A stretch of DNA of 63,693 nucleotides, counting the filler, from Lenisia limosa (taxonomy: Eukaryota; Protista; Breviatea), in NCBI GenBank assembly GCA_001655205.1. It is 9 parts of 9 records of this genome, joined end to end, with 100 filler letters (N's around TTAATTAATTAA, not from the genome) between each part and the next. Parts side by side here need not be neighbours in the genome. Positions count along the whole stretch, not along the records: positions 7,698 to 16,997 come from LPNZ01008899.1; positions 17,098 to 27,125 come from LPNZ01011525.1; 7 more parts are not named here. One strand, given 5' to 3'. The notes under the pieces were generated by a model. It made no database searches. It had not been told where the DNA came from and saw only the letters and a program-made list of their open reading frames with translations. The position numbers were made by a program, and so were the translations under genes. The first letter of the stretch is position 1; every line of letters starts with the position of its first letter. Shown here in pieces: positions 13,501 to 26,939 of the stretch.

Positions 13501-14250
13501 NNNNNNNNNNNNNNNNNNNNNNNNNNNNNNNNNNNNNNNNNNNNNNNNNNNNNNNNNGAGGTGTTTTAGTACACCAAATGGGTGATTCACCCGGGATTCA
13601 AAGAGTGCATGAACACCTCCCAACCTTTTTCTCCTGACAACCCGGATAAAATGGCCACTGATAGTTCCCCCCCACCACATCCAAAAACGGCTCAACAAGC
13701 GGCTTGCTCGGCTCAATCAACAAGGTTAAAAGCTCTACATTGATAAGCAGAGTTGTGCAGAAGACCTAGTGAACAATTCAACAAACAACGCCTACGGATC
13801 ACAAATATGATGCCAGCAAAAGCAGAAAGGATGCGATGTCGCGAGCTGACATCAAGACTTTTCACGGCTGTTATGCTTTAGATCGAGGAGCAGCGAAAAG
13901 CGAGAGCAAGAGAAAAAAAAAACTTACCGACAGCACTAAAGCCTTGCCTTCTTACCATGTTTGCACATGCCATCTTCGAGAGAACTGATTATTCCTGCTG
14001 AGATCGCCGTGGAAGTTCCCCTAAGAATATTAATAGCAGACCAATGCTGAAGATGATGTTAGCATCAAATCCAAAATAACTTCAATGGATCACATCTCTA
14101 TATTCGTCGATAAAGAGGAAATTACACAACTGGGCCTACGCACTATTATGAAGAAACCACTAAGGTCATTCAAGATTAATCATATTCATATACTACTGCA
14201 ATTAAAAGCAATACCCACATTGATGAACGAGAAACAGAAGACTGCGCAGG
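7540..14250 (-). CDS. TmcB/TmcC (tiny macrocysts)-like multi-pass membrane protein, many exons
   Basis: N-terminal TMs with a Cys loop (FYCNYRQETPSQRFDGDPCFSTDRYAILIV). TPR-like region LLRDAKRYHVTCLGHVREFW...AADEAFGKLRANCPTSKTVL..AYIKFVAEVKNN. C-terminal TM-loop-TM then QIRRGTREVIRDWIVVMNSFHHISPAVAASVIR. Family match is by recalled motif pattern. Confidence 0.6.
7642..7653. other. Artificial spacer TTAATTAATTAA inside 44N+12+44N; also at 17042, 27170, 36377, 53750, 56914, 59340, 62593
   Basis: Eight identical 100-bp blocks with stops in all six frames. Confidence 0.97.
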
Positions 14251-14683
14251 AATATTTCGACTGAGGGGCTCAAAGTCCCCCGAGTCGGACATTTTAGGCT
14301 TTCTCGCAACAGAGAAAACTTAAGCTTTCAGCTTTCAGCAAACTTAAAAAACCAGGAGAAGATAAGCACAAAACTGAGTTTGCAAGTTGAAGAATAGCTT
14401 TTTTATTAAATAATCACACAGCTAATCCCACAATATTTCTACATGCAGTATGGTTTTGACTTTTCACCTTTACTGGACATTTTTGTGAAGTCCGGAATAG
14501 TTTTGCATGCCGGGTTAATGCACGCTCCCGGTCTGAATTTTTCCCTTCGAGATTTGAGAGCCCAGGTACATTGAGCACGCCCTATATTTCCCTATTGATC
14601 CTGATTATTTTTACTAATTAGCAGATTAGCAGATTAACAGTTAGAAAGAAAGTGTTTAAGAACGAGCTCTTTTTCATTCAGCC

Positions 14684-16283
14684 ATGGCAGAAGTAGGAAG
14701 AAATCCACCACTTCCAGTGATTAATAAGGACCCTGAAAGCTTAGAGACACTCAGCGGCTCTAGTAAGCAACTTGCTTTTTTTTTGAGTGATCACTTTAGT
14801 CGATGCAACGCCTCTACACGATGAGCTTCAGACGTTGGATGAGTCAATTTTAACAACTGTGGTTTGTGGAGTTGCTTCGTGCTTACTTCCTAATATTCTT
14901 TGCACAATACTATGGCAATATGGTATGAACCATTTTGGATATTTTTCAAACCAATGCATTTAGGGACGGGATTTCATGGAAGTTGGACGAAAACTTGTTG
15001 TAGTACTCTTCCCAAAGCCACAGTCAAATCCCATGTTGAAGGTGTGGATATGGCGGGGGGGGGGGGGGNNNNNNNNNNNNNNNNNNNNNNNNNNNNNNNN
15101 NNNNNNNNNGGACTGGGATCTTTGGGGACCACTCTTCTTCTGCCTTGGTCTTGCAATGTGAGCTTGGAGGCTGGGTGCCTTTATTGGAGAGTTGAGGAAA
15201 TCTTCGAATAACCTCAGCTCCAAAAACCAACCAGAAAACCCTCCAAAAAAACTAGTTTACAGGACAACGTTTTTTTTTCTCTCGCAAAAACTCAAGTATG
15301 AGGAAAGAGGTTAGAGAAAGTTGCTGAAAAAACTTGTTTTCAAAATCAGCTTTTCAGAGACTTTCCTTGTCAGAAGCCTTCGGAAGTGGAAAGTTGTTAC
15401 TTCCAAAAAAAGATTACGTGAAAAAAATTTCTTCGCATAGCCTCTATTTTTTTCATCAATATTGGTATAATTGGTGACTAATTAGACTTCTGAGCCAGTC
15501 CGCCCCTCCATCCCAGGCGGAACTTCTTTTCGCTGCAGTTTTCGTGGTAAGTAATGCGACGGGGAGTTGGTATTACCTGGCCTGGAACTCTTCACTCTAT
15601 TTTTTTCGAATCATAAATATTAATTATGGTATATATATTATATATGATATATTATGTGATCATATCGTTCGCTATGTAATACTACATGGAAATCCATACT
15701 GATGTATTGTATAAAATCATGTATGGTTGAGGGTTCTGATACTTCAGATTGTGTGGTTAGGAGGACTTGTAGTCACTCTCAACACTTTACTCCTTGGCGG
15801 TAAAATATCAGTGTTTCAGTCTGTGTGTGTCCTTGGATACTGGTAAGTATCACTGACATTCAAAGGACACTTTATTTATGGACTCTTTTGATTGCATTGT
15901 TGAAAACGCAATTTGACATTTGATGGTGTATGACTGTTTCTTTTGGTATGGACCCGCAGAAGGACTGGACTGGATCAACACTCTCATTGTCTAGTCTGTT
16001 CCCGCTGCTCATAGCCGAGCTCTTCCGACGGTTTTACGACTCGTTCATTTATCGGGCCATTATTGTGGGAATCGCATTCTCGTGGTCCGTTTTCGGTTGG
16101 GGGCTGGGCGTCACTACAGTCTATTGAAACCAGTGTTGTGTTGTTTTGCAGTATTTTATTTATCCCTCTGTAGCCTCGACAGCTTTCTTATCTCACGTGG
16201 TTCCGGCCCCAAAGAGGTTTCTTGCTGTGTACCCTATTCTCCTCTTCTATCTCACACTGTCATGGGTCATTATCGTGCAATGA
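14684..16283 (+). CDS. YIPF6: YIP1-family Golgi membrane protein YIPF6
   Basis: MAEVGRNPP...QTLDESILTTV|GRDFMEVGRKLVVVLFP...|DWDLWGPLFFCLGLAM...YPILLFYLTLSWVIIVQ*; the TLDE..., RD...KL...P and DWDLWGPL motifs are characteristic. Confidence 0.9.
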
Positions 16284-16449
16284 TGAGGAAAACGGTTTGC
16301 TCTATTCTGGCTCGAAACTTATTATGTAGGTTATTTAATTTGGACATACTGGTTCAAAAGCCATTCAAAATATGAATGAGGTTTTATTATGAGCTTCAAG
16401 AAACTTCCCAATTTATTTCAATTCAAGCTTTTTCAATTTGAAGGGTATT

Positions 16450-19400
16450 TATTAATTACATTGAAATACGATACCTCTACAATTTGAACATGAACATGGA
16501 AGTGCTCCGATTGGTCACAAAGTGACTGATCCAGCAGATGAGTGTTAGCGAAATTAGCTTCACCTATCTTTTTGCTGCTTCTTTTGGAGTTGCATTGCCC
16601 TGAAAAATAAAAACCATCTTCACCATGAGTATTACAACCCGTACATACCTGAAATGAGCAAGAGGGTCGCTACGGGCACTTGCCAATCGTTCAGACAGCG
16701 TTCCATTGACTTGTACTAAGAGAGTCAATAATACTCAATAAAATTATCCATTGGGCGGTTTTGGCCCTTAGCCAGCTACATACCATGAGAAGACACATCT
16801 TGCGATGCGCTTTGTGGAACAGTCCTCTGAGACTGAAGAGTTAAACGGACGAGGGACTTCCATCAACAAACCGATGATGGTAGAGTCGGAATAGTCGGCA
16901 GCAGGATTGGCATAATATCCCCTTCATTTCGAGGCTGTAGGGACGGTCGTGTTCCAGATGGCTCGACTATAGCGTGTCGCGGAGGGTCGGGGGCTTGNNN
17001 NNNNNNNNNNNNNNNNNNNNNNNNNNNNNNNNNNNNNNNNNTTAATTAATTAANNNNNNNNNNNNNNNNNNNNNNNNNNNNNNNNNNNNNNNNNNNNTTA
17101 AAAAAGCGTTCGCGGTTATGTGAGTGTTCGCGGTTGTGTTAAGTGACCTATATATATTAGTATGATATATATTATGTCTATTCATAGCAATGAGAAAAAA
17201 AAAAAACAAGGTTGTATGGCCGACAGAAGCCGTCCACACCATCACGTTAGAGATGTTGGATACATAATACATATTATGATCTATGATCTATGAGATGTTA
17301 ATCGCTTTCACCCCCGTCCCACTCAGGCAGTATATTCGGTACCGACATGCCTCCTGCCAAACAGTCTCTTTTCGACGTTGGAGGTTTGGAAGATGATGGC
17401 CTTGGTTCTATAGTGTTAGTCAAAGTGAATTCAGCCCATTCAAAAAAAGAGCCTACCCCTCCCACGTAAGTTAGCCTCGCTCCCACTGAATGGGGACGCG
17501 GCAGATGACGAACGCCTTCGTTGGACGTTGACGTCAGGAGATGTAACCTTTTCGGCTAGGGGGGGGGGTTACGATATATATCCTTTTATATGATATGTCT
17601 AATANNNNNNNNNNNNNNNNNNNNNNNNNNNNNNNNNNNNNNNNNNNNNNNNNNTATCATATATAATATCATTAGAATATATATACATATGTTTAATATC
17701 GTTGACATATTCAAGTAGAGTTTTCGAGTCTGAATCAGAAAAAACTGACAAGACTATCACAGTTATTCCAACACAAGCCATACCCACGTCTACTATTACT
17801 GAGGAAAGGGTCGGAGGGAGACACTGTGCTGGACGGTCGGTTGCTCCTATGAAGTCAGTCAATTCTAAGGGATGTGTCATGCATGCGTAAGTTAAGGCTT
17901 CGCTTCGGTCCTCTATAAATCCTCAAAAACTATATTATATGACTTTTTCGGACCGAAGTGAAGCTCAAGGACACTTAGACTTCATACAAACATTTTGGTA
18001 CTTCTTAAGAAAATCTGAATCCTTGGATTCCACGTGGTCTCTAAGGGAAGAAAGTATGTTTATACTTTGACTGACAACGATAAAGAAGTATGGTCACCCC
18101 CACCCCCTTTTCTCCATGAAAACCCGGAGCTTACTGATATTCTGAGAAAGTGGACATTTGTGAGATAGTCGAGCCTCTCGACGATGCGCGTGTAACTGAG
18201 CGCTGGCGCGAAGTGGCCACTTCCGACCGCGGACGCCGCTGCATGCCGTCATTATTGACAACGTTCGTTATTAGCACCGTCATTATTGGTAGTAAAGTGA
18301 AATATCATGTTAGTAGTAGGTCTAGTGTTATAGTTCATATTGTATATTATGTGATATTATATATGGTAAGAACAACTGAATAAATGAGCGGACCTCATCT
18401 GTATCCCCCCCCCCCCCNNNNNNNNNNNNNNNNNNNNNNNNNNNNNNNNNNNNNNNTTTCTCAATGTCTCGTTGTGTCGGTTCTGCAGGCAATTAAGGGT
18501 GATAGAATGAATGGTTGTGAAAACGAGGGAATACTGGGATGCTGAATGGTCGTCATTGTAAACTGAAATGTATTAGGTTTTACCGTCAATAGCCACAATT
18601 AATACAGGTTGCACAGGATTCCCCCAAATGCTCACGGGGTGTCACTGATCGTCGTTTCTCTTCTTCTTCCTCCCTCAACAGGTGGGTTTGGTAGATACCA
18701 TGTATAATCCTTAAGGAGAGCGTTACATACGGGAATCTACACATCAAAAAGTGCAAAAAAACAAACAATTCCCTTTCCCAGACAAAAGAAAGATAATGGA
18801 AATCAGAAAAAGCCCTATACCAGGTCAAAACCGCCTGCTTTGGGTGCTATAACATAATATAAGTTTAACCCCCATACCACCACGATGGAAAGAAGAACAG
18901 GGAGAAGACGGATGAGCACGAAAGGGCCAAGGCTAAGCTAGACTCCAACTTCGACCCGGGGCCAAGACCAGCGAGCGCGACTGGAGGGAGAGGTAATGGA
19001 AACTGTAAAAAAAACACCAATAAAGCCGAGGGAGAGGTATACCAATAAAGCACAGTCTTCGACCGAGGGAGAGGTAGACCAATAAAGCACAGTCTTCGAC
19101 AGCGGGAGAGGTATGGTGAATAGTATGCCATTCTTTATTGGATTTGTTGAATAGAATGACAAAGATAACAGGTTTAAGGTTGATATGATCTGAAATTATG
19201 ATATTAACTATGACCTTTCAGATATTTAAAAAAGGTCACTGCAATTTCAGTTCAATTCAATTAAGTATTATAGCCCCCACATGCAGCCAATCCGGGAAGG
19301 TCTACCAGGCTTGACGTTGTGGCAAACAGAGTAACCACAGACATGGCGCTTTCATCGTCTTCAGCCTAGAGGATTTTAGCTAGGTGTTACAAGGCGGTCT

Positions 19401-21090
19401 ACAATCGCTGCTGCGTAGTTGTATTATGATTGTAAAAAGGCGATTCCTCGGTGTATCCTCGATAAATATCGAGAGTTTAACGGTCTGTTTCGGACCGTAG
19501 GGAAGCTCCAATTACTTGGAATAAACCCATTAGATGGAATGCGTCAGAATCAAGTGGCCGATACCAACTTTGGGGGCCAAATACGTCCAAAACGGCAGGA
19601 AAATGCAAATTCCAGTACAAAACAGGCCAAAGAAAATATCACCAAGTCGATAGGTGTTCATCTGAAATGTCACATCAAGCAATACTGCTGGTACAAGTTT
19701 TGCATATGATATGTTCATAGGATAGTTCTGTTACTGATCTCCCTAATCATATCACCCCCCCCCCACAATCATGTCATTTGCTGAGCTGGTGTCTTCGTCA
19801 ACCTGGAGCATGAGGGAAGGGAATCGCCGACTNNNNNNNNNNNNNNNNNNNNNNNNNNNNNNNNNNNNNNNNNNNNNNNNNNNNNNNNNNNNNNNNNNNN
19901 NNNNNNGCCAATGCAACCTAGAACAGCAAGGCGAAGTGCCACTCCGGTCGTGTGTTTGAACCGGATAACTCTGGAGGGGGGTGACATGAATGGATCACTT
20001 GAGCCAGGCAATTCTGAATTTCTCTTTGGATTGACTTGCATTGGAAATTGGATTTCACTTCGGTTAAAAAAAAAGACTGAATTTCTCTCGATAAATCCTC
20101 GAAAACTATCGATACTTTCCCTGTCTTTTTCGAACCGAAGAAGCCCTAATTAGAAATAATGGATGAATAATCAACGTACTATCCCTAGGGCCGCAAAGAA
20201 ACTGAAACGAGGATACTAATCAAACCCGGGCCTACTTGGAGTTGTTCCAGAAGAGAAGGAAAATGGTGGAGAACGTAATCATTGCCAAGTCGCCAATAAT
20301 CGCAGTGTTATGCAGATATCTTGAGTGTGAGTATCAGGAAGACGAAGGGAGCGGGATTTTATTGTTTGGTCTTTGGAAACAGGAATTATATATCACATAA
20401 TGTTCGGCCGCTCAAAATATTATCACAACAATCCACGCTATCAGCACTGCGATAATGCTTCAGTGTAATCATGTATCATTGTCCAATATCTGCAGCGGCC
20501 TACCTTGGACCCCATTGACTGTGTTGGTACCAAAAGAGATGCATGCAAACGTCAACGCAAAGGGCCACTGACAGGAAAGTCTGAGGATGTCAGTTAAACG
20601 CATCAGAATAAGAATACAAATAAGAGAACAGAAATGTAAAATGTAATAAAAACAGTACACATCCCTTTCCCACTAGGGTAATGAACTTTTTATCATCATT
20701 CTTCCAAACTTGAGCCAGTGTCAGCAGGGACAACGACATGATCATCGACCCACTAGCAAGCACGAAATAGTGCTCCACCCCTCCTGCCAGCATCGCCATC
20801 TGCGAACGTAAAGAAAAGACAGAACATATGATATTGATTGTTTTCGAGGATTTATCAAGAAATAATGCTGAGTTATTTTGGTCAGCTATATTATCAGCTT
20901 CACTTTGGTCGAAAAACAAAAACAAAACACTTTTGTAAACAACCAAATTGATTGGTCTATCCCTCCAACCAGCAAGACAAATGTCATCGGAGCCATGAGA
21001 AGGGAGAGGAGAATGGCCTCGATCCACTTCCGCCCGGTTGCCATGCGTTTCTTCGCCTAGTTCGTTAACGGTCGTTGAGACCCTGTTCAT
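16450..21090 (-). CDS. Orphan multi-TM (7TM/GPCR-like) protein with long Ser/Pro/Arg-rich C-tail
   Basis: MNRVSTTVNELGEE...DDICLA then several hydrophobic exons (FVLASGSIMSLSLLTL; WPFALTFACISFG; IIGDLAMITFSTIFLLFW; ALRLAVLGCIG; IFFGLFCTGICIFLPFW), followed by polar low-complexity exons that probably continue across the 17042 spacer. Confidence 0.45.
17893..17968. mobile_element. hAT MITE subfamily A, internally deleted
   Basis: TAAGGCTTCGCTTCGGTCC ... GGACCGAAGTGAAGCTC. Confidence 0.7.
19432..19510. mobile_element. hAT MITE subfamily B, partial
   Basis: Core TCCTCGATAAATATCGA plus CGGTCTGTTTCGGACCGTAGGGAAGC end. Confidence 0.7.
20048..20148. mobile_element. hAT MITE subfamily A
   Basis: TIRs; TSD ATTGGAAA / ATTAGAAA. 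Confidence 0.9.
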
Positions 21091-21237
21091 GAGGCCAATT
21101 GCATTAGCACAGACGTGGAGACAGATAATGTGAGTAAATGAAGGGTAGAGAATATCTGGGTAGTTGACGAAATGCAGGAAGTAATATATGATAGAACTGA
21201 TCGAGTGAGCCTAATACAACCAAAATTAATACCGTAC

Positions 21238-23787
21238 ATCATATGCAATCACTGATTATATTGTACCACTAGAGAGTCCCACTTTCACTCACCTGCACAT
21301 GGGCTACGTCAAGACCTGAGTAGAAAACTGGGTTGAAGAATATCGACTTTGAGAGAGCCAAAAGACTATATTGGTGAATGAGGGGGGGGGGGGTAAAACN
21401 NNNNNNNNNNNNNNNNNNNNNNNNNNNNNNNNNNNNNNNNNNNNNNNNNNNNNNNNNNNNNNNNNNNNNNNNNNNNNNNNNNNNNNNNNNNNNNNNNNNN
21501 NNTAGAAGCCATAATATAATGAACTCTCCTCACCTGAAAAGGGTCAAAGAGGCGGCAACAAGATTATCGACGTAAACTTCCGACACAACATTGAGAAGAA
21601 TCAACGGCAAATCCGTCAGAGCATCACCTGCATGGTGAAGAAGACGTTAAAAAGAATAGAAAAGAGTTTCATTCGTAGTCAGAAATTCACCCCCTCCCCC
21701 ATACAAAAAGCCACATGTTTGAGGAAAGCAGCGACTTCCTCTCCAGCTGCTGACGCGATACCAGGCAAAGGCGCACAATACAGGAAAATGTTCAACATCA
21801 TCACTGAGAAGTACAACACCTGAATCGTAAGGTTTTTTGTTGATAAAGAGTCACCTCTAACAATGAGAAAGGAGTATCAAACAAAAGCCATAGTCACCTC
21901 TAACAATAAGAAAGGAGTATCAAACCAAAGCCATCGGTAAATGAGAGCAATAAGAGTTTGAAATTGACCACCTCATTTGCTATGTACTATACAATACTCC
22001 ACAACAGACCCTACCTGTAGGGAGAAGTTGTCACCATCATAGACATTGAAGAGGTAAATAGAGTTTCCAATGTCAATCCTGAGAAAGTTGTGAGTGATAT
22101 CAGCTTGAATCTAATTACAAAGAAGTGTTCAATGCCCATTAACAAACTTTACTTTGAAGTCAAAGGAAAATTTTGGGATGTGTCTGAAATGAAACTCACA
22201 AAACACATTCACAATCAAGCCAAAACGCACCATTCAAACGTAACACAGTAGAACGAAAGTAGACCCGGGTGCAGCGGATACGAAAGTGCCTGAATTGGTA
22301 ATGGAGGAAAGGCGAAATGGTCAAAAATGTGATAAAACAGAGAAATGAAGCAAATACGATAAAACAGAGAAATGAAGCAAATGCGGTACGCTACAGCTTC
22401 AACGACTCACAGCAAGAACCCCAATATTGATCGTATAACCCACAGTCATGGTGGCGCNNNNNNNNNNNNNNNNNNNNNNNNNNNNNNNNNNNNNNNNNNN
22501 NNNNNNNNNNNNNNNACCAGAGGTGTGTTCCTAGGGTGATAAGTGATGAGTACAATAAATCAAAACCTTCAATAAGCCACATACCTAGTAAAATACAGCC
22601 AGAAAGTACCAAAAAACTATAAAATAGAAAATCGGAAATAGCTGGATTGTTTCGGAGAGACGACCTTCGTTTCAGATACTGCAGAGGGTGAGAAACGTGT
22701 CATATGGAATAGCAAAGAGTTTGCACTCAAAAAGTAAAACAATGAGTTTCTTATTACTTCGCTAAAAACACGTTCAAATAAAAGGTAGCCTTCCACAACT
22801 ACCACAAATGCTGTTTTAAAAATTTCAAGACCAATAGTAGCCAAAACCTCAGCATACAAATAAGAAGGCAGCAATCAAAGTTGCGTACTGAACACCTGAC
22901 ATGATAGCCGTGTTTTGCGTGTCAGGAAAACCAAACTAAACTTGTGAAGAGAGACCACAATGATTGATGAAGGGGTAAAAGGTGTAAAACAGCCGAAGCT
23001 GCCCATTATATCTGCTTACAAATGACTGGTTCTTTCATTATACAACAGTACACCCCTCACCTCGAAATATACTGCAACCGAGAGAGCCAAAATGGACAAG
23101 AAGACAAGCAGCAGAATGTTCGTCTCCGATCCTCGCCCCGGTACTACATTGTCAACCGTTTACAAAGCTAGGATGGCCCCATCGTCGTATTCTACAGTTC
23201 GGGTTGACAAGAGAAATAACAAGGTTGCATTGGTTCGGGTCATCTCCCTCCATTACGATTGTGGATAATAATTATAGCAGCTGCATTTCAACCAATCAAT
23301 TGCCTCAACCCCATATCTCAGCATACACCTTGACACCATACCTCTCCCGACATACACACGGAACTACAATTACCCCCCTCCAAATCACCCCCATACCAGC
23401 ACCGCAACCAGTCCTCCCGCTCGATCGCGTGAAGGACAAGCCAGCCCGGACCCAAGGAGAGGACATCGTCGTCAGCTTCGCCTTGCTCCACTCATCGTCG
23501 ACCTCATCCGTGTGAGGGATCGACACACGGGGTGGTGAGCGGGCTACAAATGCCTGCGATATCGGTCGTGGAGGAAGTGGTACATCTGATTCTCTTGAGA
23601 GCGGACGAGGGCTGGGTCCGGGCTCAGAACTATAAGTGCGTGATTGTGGACGAGGGGGCTTGGCGTTTTTGTCTTCTGGAATGGATCGGAAAGAGGGAGA
23701 CGTTATTTCTATCTTCGGTGTTGCTGGAGGATTGGAAATGGTGGTGAGGGCTGGCTGGGAAGCTATCAGACTTGCCCGCCTGCCCAT
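21238..23787 (-). CDS. Hypothetical protein: Pro/Ser-rich N-terminus, TM segment, beta-rich C-terminal region
   Basis: Long exon 23400-23787 (MGRRASLIAS...DEVDDEWSKAK), TM NILLLVFLSILALSVAVYFE|gtgag, exons IQADITHNFLRIDIGNSIYLFNVYDGDNFSL and DALTDLPLILLNVVSEVYVDNLV. Confidence 0.4.
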
Positions 23788-24104
23788 CTCGAAAGGAAAA
23801 CAAAGAAACTACTCCCTATATTCTATCCTACTCATAATTTGCGGCAGATATACAGGGATTATTAGTTGTGTTTCGCTTTATGCTTTCTCACGGATAAAAT
23901 TTTTTGAAGGAAACCCTGGTCCAATGTTCCAGTCAACTTTGAGTCAACTAGTTCCTCTTCTTCTTCTTTCTTCTCATCATATTCAACATTGCTTATATCA
24001 AACTTATATAAAATATAAGTTGTTTTTTGAGTTGTCACCCTGTCATGGCGCCACATAAGTAATCTCACCGTTTTCACATCTGATCATTTTAATTGCTTCG
24101 GACC

Positions 24105-26752
24105 ATGTCGACCCGCCATTCATTGCGGGAAACAAAGGGTGGATGCACACGAAAAGGTTGGTGATAAAGTCAAATTGGACCAAAGGCCTGTTTTTGTCTC
24201 AATAACAGTAGTTGTAGCTGTACTTTGGTATTTTCAACAGTTTGAAAGCTACCTTGTCATCCACCCTTATAGCTTTCGTTTACTTCTCGGCTTACTCCCC
24301 CATCTTGCCCATCTTTTCTTCTCACCTTTTCAGACTGCATCAGCAATGAGGCGATCATAGCTGTACTGGAGAGGCGATGTACGAAGCTGCAGGGCAAGTG
24401 CAGCGAATTGGAGACCCAGATCGAGATTCTTGAAACCAAGCTCAGTATCGCTGAAGAGTATGAGCCGTCGCCGCGACTTTCCAACCCAAAAATGACTCCT
24501 TCTGCGTCTTTGTCACCAGTGCCATCTTTGGATCATCCAGATCAAAATACGCTTTCACCTGGTTGGGGGGGGGGGGTCNNNNNNNNNNNNNNNNNNNNNN
24601 NNNNNNNNNNNNNNNNNNNNNNNNNNNNNNNNNNNNNNNNNNNNNTAATGTGAATGTCACATTCTGATACACATCTCTTTCATAAATAAGACCACTGCCA
24701 AAAGGTCTGTGAAATAAAGCAAGGCCTTATATTTAATTCTTGGGTGTGGGTCTGATGTAACAGTCCAGTCCGTTCACCCAGTATCGCTGAGGACCAGCCG
24801 GAGACTTTGGGGCTGACGGTGGCTGATTCGCCTCTCAATCAGCAGGAAAGACCACCAAGCCCTCCAGCTCCTCCTGTGGGGGGGGGGGTGTTGTAATTTA
24901 AACATTAATAATTCGCTTATCATGCAAATATGTATGGTTGATGAATTCATTTTTACAGTCAGCCCTCATAATGTTGATGTTTCTTTCAAGGGGGTATGTT
25001 TTACTTGTTCATTTAATCAAAGTTTAAGGGAATATGATTGATATTATGTTAGCCAGGCTCTGTGAGCGGAGTTGCAGTCAATGTTTTCGTTTTTCAGTTA
25101 TTTGCAATCCATTTCATCATTCGAATTGGTCCAAAAGCCAGCCCCGAAGCCAGCCCCGATGAAACAAGTTTGTTGGCTGAAAGGGCAATTGATTGACACC
25201 TTTCATTCACGGTTATCTTTTGGTTTTACTTGGACTACATCGTGAAGGTACTGAAACGGCAAATCGCACCTTCACATTGTTTCATTAAAATATTGGGGTT
25301 TTACATTTAGCACTGAACTAAAACCTCGAAAAACAAGGTTTTTATTTATTAATTCTATTTTTTATTATCTATTGATTATTTATGTTTCCTTACCTTTCCT
25401 CTGATAAGTTATAATCGACACTTCGTTATGCTTTAGAACATCCCAAAGCCCATTGCTAAGCCCATACCAAAGCCAAGCCAACCTACCATCCCAAAGCCAC
25501 AGCCTTGCCCTGAGATGAAGCCGGCGCCAAAACAGCCGGTCAACACCAAACGCAGCCGTTCTCCTGCTCCAACCCCTCCTCCGAAGAAGAAAAGAATTTC
25601 TCTGATGGATGCAGTTGAGGAAGACGTTAACAAAGTATGGGAATATTGGGGTTATATGTGTGCAATTTGTATCTCAGAAGTTAACACGAACATTGCTATT
25701 TCCTCACCCCCCTCACCAGTCCACACTGAACAAGAACTACACCACGACCCCCGTTGCCACTCCCACTTCAACACGACCTTCTACCTTCAACACCAATTTC
25801 TCCTGTAATGATCCCAAGGAAGGTTGGCCAAAGATATCCCGATATCAAAAAAAATTGCCAAAATATAGTTTATTTTTCTCAACATCGTCATATGATACAA
25901 TATCGATTCTCTGCTACAGTCTGGCATGCATGATATGGTGCATTTATCATTTTGAAACCCTCATCTTATACGGCATTACCCTTTGCATTCCTCCACTTCC
26001 GGGATTCACCCTCTCAGTTGAAGCGATAGTGACACAGTTCCTGCAATCCATCCGAGGCAATAAGGCCCAGGCCAAGCACCTCCAGCAGTGGGACGCTATT
26101 TTGAAGACTGTCGTGTCGGCTCAGATCGCGGGTAGTGTAGACGTGGTGGCGGACCATCTTTCTAAGGAGTGCCTGCTCTTGAAAAATAGGCCGACTAACA
26201 GTAGGCCTTTGATGGGGGTCCCAAAACATTGTTCTAGTTTTTTCTTGTGGTATTGTTCTCAGCCACCAATTTTGTTTCATAGGTATTAAGTAATTTATTG
26301 TTGAACGAAGCATTTGTCTATTTGAATGAATATGGAGTAATTGCGGTAAGTTGTCTAATTGTCTAGATTTCGTGAGGTCCAACATCGCGGTTCTAATTGA
26401 CCAGGCGCACGCACTGCTGGTTTGCGTGCTACTTTTATTCCAATGTTCTACTATCTATTATTGAGTGGAGTAAAAGGACATCTTTTAAGTCAATCAATAG
26501 AAATGATATCCTCGTTCGCTTTCACCTTCGCAGGCGGACTTCACAGATGCCTTTTACGGGAAGGCGGTGCTGATAGGTATGGAATTCGCAAACAAAATGG
26601 CCAGCAATATTGACGGCTGCTTCAACAAGCCTGCCAAATACCTGGCTTGGGGTANNNNNNNNNNNNNNNNNNNNNNNNNNNNNNNNNNNNNNNNNNNNNN
26701 NNNNNNNNNNNNNNNNNNNNNNNGCGACTGCACACACCCTGAAGATCAGTAA
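24105..26752 (+). CDS. Hypothetical coiled-coil/Pro-rich protein with NLS-like PPPKKKR
   Basis: MSTRHSLRETK|DCISNEAIIAVLERRCTKLQGKCSELETQIEILETKL..., KPAPKQPVNTKRSRSPAPTPPPKKKR, VEAIVTQFLQSIRGNKAQ...; canonical splice sites. Confidence 0.45.
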
Positions 26753-26825
26753 CAACCCCAAAATGATGGCATCGATGATGGTTACTATTTCCTATATAAG
26801 TGCTGAAGTGGGGAGGGGTAACATA

Positions 26826-26926
26826 TAGGGCTTCACTTCGGTTCGAAAAAAGACTGGGAAAATATCGATAGTTCTCGAGGATTTATCGATAAATTCAGTC
26901 TTATTTCGAACCGAAGTGAAGTCCTA
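26826..26926. mobile_element. hAT MITE subfamily A
   Basis: TAGGGCTTCACTTCGGTTCGAAAAAGAC ... TCGAACCGAAGTGAAGTCCTA; TSD GTAACATA / GAAACATG (6/8). Confidence 0.9.
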
Positions 26927-26939
26927 GAAACATGTTGAA

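Noticed and set aside
14261-14565. Possible ~300-bp TIR element between the TmcB-like gene and YIPF6
   Set aside because: Only a weak inverted match (GGGGCTCAAA / TTTGAGAGCCC), with no TSD or second copy.
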